From Thermoproteota archaeon (GTDB lineage: Archaea > Korarchaeota > Korarchaeia > B14-G2), in the NCBI GenBank assembly GCA_037917675.1, contig JAVCBW010000029.1, forward strand, positions 1 to 22,329: 22,329 nucleotides of DNA, written 5' to 3'. The position numbers were made by a program, and so were the translations under genes. The notes beneath the pieces are model-generated. The model made no database searches, was not told the origin of the DNA, and worked only from the letters and a program-made list of their open reading frames with translations. Shown here piece by piece: positions 1 through 6,793 of the stretch; positions within the stretch are counted from its first letter, which is position 1, and every line of letters starts with the position of its first letter.

Positions 1-3
1 CAG

Positions 4-1383
4 CTACCACCAGCCCTCTAATGTCCCTTTTCTCTTGCCTACTATCTCTGTGAACTTGTCTCTCACAGGCTTATAGACTTGGCTGAAGAACTTCTGCTGG
101 CTTAGCAGGGTCTCTCTTGGGAAGCTCTTCAGGTAGCTTAAGGCTGCCTTCCATGCCTCATCATAGCTCATGACAGACTCTATCCTAGGCTTTATCTGTC
201 TGTCATATTCTTCTGGAGTCTGCTCCATGTCTCCTATCTTGAACCAGCCTCTCTCAGAGACTATGGCTCCCTCGTCTCCGATGTATACCGTCCTCTCGCC
301 TGCCTCCTCTCCTCTAGCAGCCTCACCCCTCTCTGCTAGCATGGGTATAGGCCTCCTCCCTCTAGGCTTCCCTCTAGGGCCATAGTGCTTTGCCCAAGCA
401 TAGAATATAGCTCTGTTTAAGCCAAAGGACTTGGCTTTCTCGACGTCTCCTGTGAGCAGGTAGTATCTTGCTGCCTGAAGGAGCGCCATCACCTGGAATC
501 TCCCTAACTTACCTCCTTTAGCCACCTTACGCCTCCCTGTAGCAGGCTGAGCTCTTGTTCTAGGTGAGCTAGGCCAACCTGGGTAGCCTCCTATGGCAGC
601 TAGAGCCTTCTCAGCTAGGTGGTCTAGCTCCCCTTCCCTATGCTTCCTCCAGTCTATGCTGTGCCTTGGGCTCTGTGGGTCAGCCCACTCTAGCTCAAAG
701 CTGTCTAGCTCACTTGGCTTGAAGCACACGCAGCAGAGGTCTAGCTTCCTGTGTAGTGAGAGGGGGGCTGTAAAAACCCTCTTCAAGTCCATCATGTTCT
801 CTAGCTTAACCCCCCTATCAGCTAGCTTGCTGACTCTGCTCTGGACGCCTCTAGCTACATACTCTACAACAGAGTATGCTAGGTCTAGTGGGGAAGCTCT
901 CTGCAGTAAGCTCTGGGAGAATGCCTTCTCATGGATATGGACGTGTATGCCTTCACCACTCCACTTCAGGTATACTGACTCAGATACCCCAGCCTTCTCA
1001 AGGTAGTCTACTACAGCTCTAGCTGCCTCTAGCGCAGCCTTCCAGTCGCTTAGGCTACAGTCTATGTCCCACGTCGGAGTACATAGCTTGATGTTCTCCT
1101 TAGCCTCAGTATCCTCCTGCTTCTCAAGCTTCTCATACATGTTGGCTGAGGCATAGATAGATCTCGGCTTAAGCCCCCTATACCTGGTGAGAAGCTGGTC
1201 AAGCTCTCCTTCACTCGATAAGCTGAGAGGCCTCTGCTTCCTATCATATCTGAGGAAGAGCCTCCCCTCTCTGCTATAGCACTCTAGCGCAACCCATCTC
1301 CCTCTACAGAAGTCTGTGACCTCCTTCTTGACGAGCTCTCTGCTATAGTGCCTGAGAGCATCCTCAGGGTTCAAGGAAGCCAC
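4..1383 (-). CDS. AEP-superfamily (PriS/LigD-Pol-like) primase-polymerase domain fused to an uncharacterised C-terminal domain
   Basis: Motif I TWDID (hhhDxD), motif II KWSGEGIHVH (SGxGxH), and a motif III region ENMMDLKRVFTAPLSLH resembling the PriS DxxRxxxxPxSLH. A Pro/Arg/Lys-rich linker precedes about 165 extra aa. The start may be the TTG at 1374, with AGGTGG upstream. Confidence 0.8.
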   Translation of the reverse strand: MASLNPEDALRHYSRELVKKEVTDFCRGRWVALECYSREGRLFLRYDRKQRPLSLSSEGELDQLLTRYRGLKPRSIYASANMYEKLEKQEDTEAKENIKLCTPTWDIDCSLSDWKAALEAARAVVDYLEKAGVSESVYLKWSGEGIHVHIHEKAFSQSLLQRASPLDLAYSVVEYVARGVQSRVSKLADRGVKLENMMDLKRVFTAPLSLHRKLDLCCVCFKPSELDSFELEWADPQSPRHSIDWRKHREGELDHLAEKALAAIGGYPGWPSSPRTRAQPATGRRKVAKGGKLGRFQVMALLQAARYYLLTGDVEKAKSFGLNRAIFYAWAKHYGPRGKPRGRRPIPMLAERGEAARGEEAGERTVYIGDEGAIVSERGWFKIGDMEQTPEEYDRQIKPRIESVMSYDEAWKAALSYLKSFPRETLLSQQKFFSQVYKPVRDKFTEIVGKRKGTLEGWW

Positions 1384-1648
1384 CTAGATGAAGCTAGGTG
1401 CAGCTTCACAGCCTATGGGGAGGAGGCCTGCTGTAGCTGTAGGCGCTGAGAGCTTAGCTGCGTCTACTGCTATATCCGCTAGGATAGCATCCTCAATCCA
1501 AGGGTGGCTAGGGCAGAGCCTCCAGGAAGCAGCCATATCTGGTATGTAAGCTTGCTTTAGCTTACCTGAGAGAGCTTCACATCTGGCTGAGAGCATGAGG
1601 CTAGGAGTCTTAGCTAGGGTTATAGTAGGTAGCTTAGCAGGATTCCAC

Positions 1649-1807
1649 CTATCTCCTTGCTGCTGGAACCTCATATAAGACTCCTTCCTCAGAGAGAACT
1701 AGCACAGCACCACACTTCCTACACTTAAAGTACTTGTTGACTCCTCTTGATCCTCTCTCAGTTCCGAGAAGCACTACATCACCATGCTCACACCGTGCTT
1801 CAGCCAA
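1649..1807 (-). CDS. small zinc-ribbon protein, 52 aa (below the ORF-track cutoff)
   Basis: Hand translation MAEARCEHGDVVLLGTERGSRGVNKYFKCRKCGAVLVLSEEGVLYEVPAARR*, with CxH...CxxC knuckles. TTG start with GGTG upstream; TATA-like TTAAAAATA at 1845-1837; host-like codon usage. Confidence 0.75.
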   Translation of the reverse strand: MAEARCEHGDVVLLGTERGSRGVNKYFKCRKCGAVLVLSEEGVLYEVPAARR

Positions 1808-1836
1808 TTCATGCACCAGTCATCTAAGCTTGCAGC

Positions 1837-1846
1837 TATTTTTAAG
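1837..1846 (-). promoter_or_regulatory. TATA-like box for the small zinc-ribbon gene
   Basis: CTTAAAAATA on the minus strand, about 30 bp upstream of the TTG at 1807. Confidence 0.5.
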
Positions 1847-1978
1847 AGTTGTGTCCTGAGTAAGCTTGCTTGAGGCCTGTGGAGCATGCTAAGATAGCTC
1901 TCGCTACAGATGTAGGAGGCTACCTGGAGCATATGGTAATGCTTAAGCTTCAGCTTCCAGCTACCTACGGGTACTAGC

Positions 1979-2419
1979 TTGAGGGTTGTTGTTGAACGTG
2001 TTGTTGAAGCCCCTATACAGAGGGTCTTCTGGTTTACTACAGATGGCGAGAACGCTCCAAAGTGGATGGAGCCTATATATGAGGCTAGGAGGGTTGCAGG
2101 GAGGGTTGAGAAGGGTTCTAGAGTGCGGTATTGGGGTGAGCTGGCTGGAATGGAGTTTGAGTTCATAGCAGAGACTGTAGAGCTGGAGCCTCATAGGAGG
2201 TTTAAGGAGGTCATGGTTAAGAGGATTAGAGGCTCTCTTAGAGAGTACTCTCTTGAAGGCTTGTATGAGCAGGTCAGCTCAGATAGGACTAGAGTGCAGC
2301 TCATGCTGGAGTTTCAGCTGGACATGCCTCAGCCAGCTAAAGCACTTCTAGAGAGGCTGATTGCCTACAGGCTCAGGGGTAAGCTCATGGAGAGCCTTAG
2401 GAAGCTAGATGGCCTTTGA
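1979..2419 (+). CDS. SRPBCC (START/polyketide cyclase-like) ligand-binding protein
   Basis: N-terminal VERVVEAPIQRVFWFTTDGENAPKW pattern, beta-rich core and C-terminal helix, 146 aa. Convergent 23-bp overlap with the next gene. Confidence 0.8.
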   Translation: MRVVVERVVEAPIQRVFWFTTDGENAPKWMEPIYEARRVAGRVEKGSRVRYWGELAGMEFEFIAETVELEPHRRFKEVMVKRIRGSLREYSLEGLYEQVSSDRTRVQLMLEFQLDMPQPAKALLERLIAYRLRGKLMESLRKLDGL

Positions 2420-3314
2420 TGGCAGACTTAACCTTGCAGTACCCACAGACCTCCTGAGAGCTAGGCTCTCCACAGAGCTTACACTCCCTGAGGTCAGCTA
2501 GCTCAGTATGCTCTTCAGCTATAGGCTGGAAGACTCTGAGGTGAGTTGATAGGAGCGTGTGCCTGAACCCAGGGATCTCATCTGATATCTTATCTATCAG
2601 CTTCCTTCTCCTCAGGCTCCTGGAGCCTCTTCCAAGAGGGCACTTGGAGCTGGTAAATGGGAGGCCTAAGATCCTAGCGTACTCTAGGGTCTCCTGGCTG
2701 GTGAGCGATATCAGGGGCTTTACCCTGGCTATGAGCTTGCCTCTAGCTGGTAGAGCAGGCCTGAGCCTAGCTATGGTCTCCAGGTCTCCAGTCAGGTAGG
2801 CGTTGAACAGCACTTCAACAGTATCATCTAGGTGGTGGCCTGTAGCTAAAGCTTGAGCACCAAGCTCTCTGGCAAGCTTATTGAGCCAGTATCTCTTTAC
2901 TGTACTGCATGCAGCGCAAGCTCTCCTTCCAAGCCTGGTTTCACCTAGCATCCCGATGGTGAAGCCTTCCTTCTCAAGCTTGAAAACATGGAGCTCGAGG
3001 TCAAGGAGGCTAGTGAGCTCTCTAGCCTTCCTCTCACACTCGCTGGAGTGGCCTGGGATCCCTAGGTTGATGTGTATGGGCGTCAGGTCAGCGTCCAGCT
3101 TGATCCTCTTGAGGGCAGCAAGCAGGGCTGCGCTGTCTTTTCCACCTGAGATGGCTACAGCAAGCCTCCTGACTCCCTTGAGCATCCTATGCCTCTCAGC
3201 TGTCCTCTTAACCTTCCTCTCAAAGAAGCTTGTGAAGCAGTCCTTGCAGAGCCAGATGCGAGCATAGCTTACCTTGATCTCACCGCCGCTGCCACAGTGC
3301 CTGCACTTCTTCAA
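2397..3314 (-). CDS. ttuA: TtuA/NcsA/Ncs6-type tRNA 2-thiolation protein (PP-loop ATPase, TtcA/TtuA family)
   Basis: PP-loop SGGKDS; N-terminal CRHC..CKDC and C-terminal CKLC..CGYC zinc fingers; central CAAC plus SKCP (Fe-S ligand pattern); ATGHHLDD; RVKPL. Confidence 0.85.
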   Translation of the reverse strand: MKKCRHCGSGGEIKVSYARIWLCKDCFTSFFERKVKRTAERHRMLKGVRRLAVAISGGKDSAALLAALKRIKLDADLTPIHINLGIPGHSSECERKARELTSLLDLELHVFKLEKEGFTIGMLGETRLGRRACAACSTVKRYWLNKLARELGAQALATGHHLDDTVEVLFNAYLTGDLETIARLRPALPARGKLIARVKPLISLTSQETLEYARILGLPFTSSKCPLGRGSRSLRRRKLIDKISDEIPGFRHTLLSTHLRVFQPIAEEHTELADLRECKLCGEPSSQEVCGYCKVKSAIKGHLAS

Positions 3315-3323
3315 CTAAAGCAC

Positions 3324-3803
3324 CTAGCTATAGTAGTCCATGAGCTCACTGTCGACTCCGAGAACCACTTCAACCCCTCCTCCAGATGGTATTGGAATCC
3401 TCTTCAGCTTAGCCAGCACGATCCTAAGCCCGTTTACAGCAATCCTAGTTGAAAGGTGGTCTCTCCCAAGCTTCTTGCTACAGACCTCAGCTGCAAGCTC
3501 CTCAACAACATCATCAGACACATACCCTAGAGTATGTAGGTACTCGTGGAGGAGCACATAGAACAGGTAGGCATTGAACTCGATGCGTGTCAGGCTTTCT
3601 CCGAGAGCTCTCAGCAGAGTCTTGTTCAAGACTATGGTTCCATCAGGCATGGAGGCTGCTGCAATGGATGCAGGTAGCTCAGTGAGCGTGAGGGAGATGC
3701 CAGCTCTCTCTCTACCTAAAACCTCCCTGACACACTGCTTTACAAGCCTAAACACACACCTGAAGTCAGTGCACTCACTCAGCCTCTTAGCGACATCCAT
3801 CAC
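3324..3803 (-). CDS. HEXXH zincin-like putative metallopeptidase
   Basis: YVLLHEYLHTLG motif preceded by a GTIVLN strand. 9-bp gap to the ttuA-like gene suggests an operon. ATG at 3800 is an alternative start. Confidence 0.7.
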   Translation of the reverse strand: MMDVAKRLSECTDFRCVFRLVKQCVREVLGRERAGISLTLTELPASIAAASMPDGTIVLNKTLLRALGESLTRIEFNAYLFYVLLHEYLHTLGYVSDDVVEELAAEVCSKKLGRDHLSTRIAVNGLRIVLAKLKRIPIPSGGGVEVVLGVDSELMDYYS

Positions 3804-3820
3804 ATTAGTGAGTGCACCAG

Positions 3821-3830
3821 CATATATATG
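3821..3830. promoter_or_regulatory. palindromic TATA box, possibly bidirectional
   Basis: CATATATATG lies between the divergent starts at 3800/3803 (-) and 3854 (+). Confidence 0.5.
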
Positions 3831-3853
3831 CCTTGTGACCTTGTGGAGACATC

Positions 3854-4183
3854 ATGATGCCGGAAAGCTATGGTCTCAGAGATAAGACTAGGGTATATGA
3901 GGACAGGAGAGATGGAGGAGAGCTCTAGCATGGCTATTGAAGCAAGCTGGGATAGAGGTGGACGCTGCCTTAGCTATGCCAGCTGGAGGAGCGCCCGTAG
4001 CAGCTGAAGTCGCATCAGCTCTAAAGGCTCCAGCTAGAGCTGCTGTAGCCAGAGGGTGCTCTACCCATGGGCTACTGAAGCAGGCTTGGAGCGGCATGGC
4101 TAGGAGACATACATGTCGACTGGAATCTAGCTGAGCTGGCAGCCCTAGTCTCAGGGCAGGTAGAGGATTGTGTGCAGCTCTAA
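3854..4183 (+). pseudogene. degraded 5' part of a putative phosphoribosyltransferase (type I PRT, COG1926-like)
   Basis: Pieces read in shifting frames: LRDKTRVYEDRRDGGE / LAWLLKQAGIEVDAALAMPAGGAPVAAEVASALKAP / LYPWATEAG / GAAWLGDIHVDWNL. These match the recalled family pattern F.DR..AG..LA...LAIP.GGVPVA..VA..L.....P...E...GA. Several frameshifts; the C-terminal half is absent. Confidence 0.7.
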
Positions 4184-4214
4184 GATCTCTAGAGCTTGAG
4201 GGCAGCTCATCTGC

Positions 4215-5072
4215 CTAGGATTCGCCTCTCTCCTTCTCCTCTTCAGCCTCCACCTCCACTCTGACAGCCTCCTCTCCTATCTCCTTCTTTATGCTCTCTA
4301 TTTCGCTTCTGATAGCATCCTGGATCTCCATGAGCTCCTTTACTTTGTCCTTGACTTTCTCAAGCCACCCTCTTGAGGCCTGGATGCCCTTGTGCGTGAA
4401 GTAGGCTATGGCCTCGCTTCTGCTTGAGAATACTCCTGCATCTGTCAGGAAGTCTATGAGCTTTGCATCAGATTCAGGGATCCTGATGGATGACACGACT
4501 CTAGTCCCTGTAGCTGACCTAGCTTCCTCAAGCCCCTTGAGTGCATGAGACAGTGCTTCCTCAACTATCTTGCTGACATCAGGTATCTTGATCTCAGGGA
4601 TTCTTATCGAGAAGGCAGGCCTATCTCCTCTAATCCTACTCACGAGGACCATGGGCTTCCCTTCCTCTCCTCTCACGAGGATCATAGGCTTCCTCTCCTC
4701 TACGCTCCTCCTTAGCTCTCTAATCATCTCTTTTTTAGCCTCCTTGACGTCCTCTATGAAATCTTCTACGATATCTCTCAGCTCCTCAAAGTGCTTCTCG
4801 ACGTCGCTGAGCGCCTTCCTTAGCTCGCTGTCTGATGGCTTCTCAGCAAGCTCAGAGAGAGCCTCAGAGAGCTTAGCTCTGAACTCCAGGGACCTAGCTC
4901 TCAAAGCCCTCTTGCAACTGTCTATTATCCTTTCCATTTCAGCTATCTTTCTCTCATCTGAGATCTCTGAGGAAGATATTCTCTGGAACTCCTCAGTAAG
5001 CTTCCTTAGGTCTCCTCTAAGCTTTTGGGCTACTTCACGAACCTTCTCAATGATGTCCTCCTGCCCACCCAT
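4215..5072 (-). CDS. coiled-coil protein with a C-terminal ribbon-helix-helix (CopG/MetJ-like) DNA-binding domain
   Basis: Long E/K/R-rich heptad N-terminus, then VVSSIRIPESDAKLIDFLTDAGVFSSRSEAIAYF, an RHH pattern. Start moved to ATG 5072 because a TATA-like CATATAAG lies at about 5107-5114. Confidence 0.7.
   Translation of the reverse strand: MGGQEDIIEKVREVAQKLRGDLRKLTEEFQRISSSEISDERKIAEMERIIDSCKRALRARSLEFRAKLSEALSELAEKPSDSELRKALSDVEKHFEELRDIVEDFIEDVKEAKKEMIRELRRSVEERKPMILVRGEEGKPMVLVSRIRGDRPAFSIRIPEIKIPDVSKIVEEALSHALKGLEEARSATGTRVVSSIRIPESDAKLIDFLTDAGVFSSRSEAIAYFTHKGIQASRGWLEKVKDKVKELMEIQDAIRSEIESIKKEIGEEAVRVEVEAEEEKERGES
4639..4701. repeat. 33-bp-period intragenic tandem duplication (EERKPMILV / EEGKPMVLV)
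   Basis: ctcacgaggaccatgggcttcccttcctct at 4639 vs ctcacgaggatcataggcttcctctcctct at 4672. Confidence 0.75.
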
Positions 5073-5114
5073 ACACGACTCCCAGATACATGTATCCTCA
5101 ATACACTTATATGT
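5071..5114 (-). promoter_or_regulatory. promoter with candidate operator repeats upstream of the RHH gene
   Basis: ATACA(C/T) at 5071, 5086 and 5101 (15-bp period); perfect palindrome GATACATGTATC at 5085-5096; TGTAT-N5-ATACA at 5091-5105, next to the TATA-like box. Confidence 0.55.
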
Positions 5115-5225
5115 TTTGCTATGCCGCATGCAGTGTTCTAGTAGCCACAGCTACCCTAGCCTCATGTCATGTAGCTGGCTAGCAGTAGGCTGGAGCCTAC
5201 AGTACAGGCTTCTCCACTTCACGGC

Positions 5226-5951
5226 CTAGAGCTCCATGGCTCTCCTAACGTCTTCAGGTCTGATGAGCATGTCTTGGAGAGCTGTGGCGACTAGGACGCC
5301 GGAGGCTCCTGCTTCCCTTAGAGCTATGAGGTCGCTGAAGTCTCTGACGCCTCCGCCAGCTAGAGTCTCACGTTTAAGTATGCTTGAGGCAGCCTTAACA
5401 AGGTCTAGAGCAGGCCCTCTGAGGGTACCGACTCTGGAGAGCTCCAGTACGATGACCTCGTAGACAGGAGTGTCATAGAAGGCTTCAGCAGCCTCTCTAT
5501 AGCTCAGTCCTCTAAGCTCTCCTCTAGAGAGTAGCCTTCCCCCTCTGAAGTCTAGGCTTAAAGCCACGTTGCTCCATCCGACAGCTTCACCGACATCCCA
5601 GAGGCTGCTAGTGCTCCTCAGGGTTTCAGTTCCAACTACAACTCTAGCTCCAGCCTCCACGACCCTCAAAGCTTCTTCAGCAGAGCTGGCTCCAGTATCA
5701 GCCATGACTCTGAACCCTGTGTCAGTAAGCTTCCTGATGACACCTAGACTAGAGCCATGCTCCATGATAGCATCTAGGTCAGCTACATAGATTTCCTCAA
5801 TCCCATAGACTCTCCTATAGCCTTCAGCGATCTCAATGGGGTCACATCCCTCACATAGCTTACACCTGACAGGCCTATATCTCTCTCTGATACCACCGAC
5901 AGCTCGGACAGCAACACCATTCATCACATCAATGACGCCAATTACTCTCAA
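5226..5951 (-). CDS. HisA/HisF-related TIM-barrel protein (hisAF-related type, probably not the canonical HisA)
   Basis: RVIGVIDVMNGVAVRAVGG..Y, IYVADLDAI, VVGTETL, LSRVGT..GP, GGGVR and VLVATAL. Likely TTG start at 5951; the track starts at 5966. Confidence 0.8.
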   Translation of the reverse strand: MRVIGVIDVMNGVAVRAVGGIRERYRPVRCKLCEGCDPIEIAEGYRRVYGIEEIYVADLDAIMEHGSSLGVIRKLTDTGFRVMADTGASSAEEALRVVEAGARVVVGTETLRSTSSLWDVGEAVGWSNVALSLDFRGGRLLSRGELRGLSYREAAEAFYDTPVYEVIVLELSRVGTLRGPALDLVKAASSILKRETLAGGGVRDFSDLIALREAGASGVLVATALQDMLIRPEDVRRAMEL

Positions 5952-6091
5952 TGCCAGCCCCCGCATCTGCCTCCATGGGGTGAGAATAGCAGCCTAGCTG
6001 GAGCTGTGGCGCTAATGTCTGTAGTCCAGCTATAGCTGAGTGCTCTAGGCTCCCTCAGCTTGAATGCTGCTATCTCCCGCATCCTCTGGCT

Positions 6092-6793
6092 TCACCTCGA
6101 CTCCGCTGGCTCCAGAGCTCTGGCTTCATCCTCTGCATGGTTTTTAGCTGACGTCTGCTGCTTCAGCTGCTTTAGGAGCTGCTCTATCTTCTGTACAGCT
6201 TGCATCGCGTCTGCTGCATATGCGTCTGCACCAATCTGCTTTGCCCACTTCTCTGTCACTGGTGCGCCTCCTACTATGACTTTCACCTTTCCTCTGATGC
6301 CTGCCTTCTCTAGCTCTTCTATAACCTCCTTTTGCTTCGGCATGGTTGTCGTTAGGAGTGCTGATACCCCGATCACCTGGGCTTTATGCTTTACTGCTGC
6401 CTCTACGAACTCTCTAGGCTTCTTGTCTCTGCCTATGTTAACTACCTTGAAGCCTGCTGCCTTGAGTACTGCCTCTACAATCCTTATACCTATGTCATGT
6501 ATGTCTCCTTCTACTGTACCTAGGATTACTGTACCCTTCGAGGTTTCTGCGTCTCCTCCTCTGCTCATGGGTTGAGTGAGCTCTCTGGTTAATACATCCA
6601 TTACGTGGCCTGCTGCCATCAGGTCTGTCAGGAAAAGCTTTCCTCTCTCATATTCTTCACCTATCTCCTTAAGCTCCTCTGAGAGCGCAGCTATTATGGC
6701 AGCTGGCGTGTAGCCTTTCTTCAGGAGCTCTCTCACCTCTGCTCTGGCCTCCTCTGCTCTGCCTAGCCTCAGGAGCTTTAGAAGCCTATCCAT
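6092..6793 (-). CDS. methyltransferase-associated corrinoid (B12-binding) protein, MtaC/MtbC/MttC family
   Basis: Cap domain IGEEYERGKLFLTDL; TVEGDIHDIG (DxHxxG); VSALLTTTM; IVGGAPVT; IGADAYAADA. ATG 6793 has GGTGAG upstream. Confidence 0.92.
   Translation of the reverse strand: MDRLLKLLRLGRAEEARAEVRELLKKGYTPAAIIAALSEELKEIGEEYERGKLFLTDLMAAGHVMDVLTRELTQPMSRGGDAETSKGTVILGTVEGDIHDIGIRIVEAVLKAAGFKVVNIGRDKKPREFVEAAVKHKAQVIGVSALLTTTMPKQKEVIEELEKAGIRGKVKVIVGGAPVTEKWAKQIGADAYAADAMQAVQKIEQLLKQLKQQTSAKNHAEDEARALEPAESR

Noticed and set aside
4-1383. The AEP as the replicase of an integrated plasmid or virus
   Set aside because: No helicase domain, integrase, att repeat or compositional anomaly in the window. 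This cannot be fully excluded because the gene is at the window edge.
1386-1560. Cys-rich plus-strand reading (CCSCRR*ELSCVYC) suggesting Sec/Pyl readthrough
   Set aside because: Mixed TGA and TAG stops, no start signals and no recognisable family or SECIS element; likely a by-product of AGCT/CTG-rich composition.
1774-2194. Minus-strand 130-aa and 77-aa ORFs
   Set aside because: Antisense to the SRPBCC gene, and the longer one overlaps the better-supported zinc-ribbon ORF in another frame.
4570-5229. 219-aa plus-strand ORF and the other long antisense ORFs (e.g. 593-1006, 6060-6575, 11541-12221, 12264-13031, 14964-15563)
   Set aside because: Ser/Leu-rich mirror frames of well-supported genes on the opposite strand, with no motifs.
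5226-5966. Calling this gene hisA
   Set aside because: No other his genes are nearby, and the motifs (YVADLDAI, GTETL, LSRVGT) fit the hisAF-related subfamily better.
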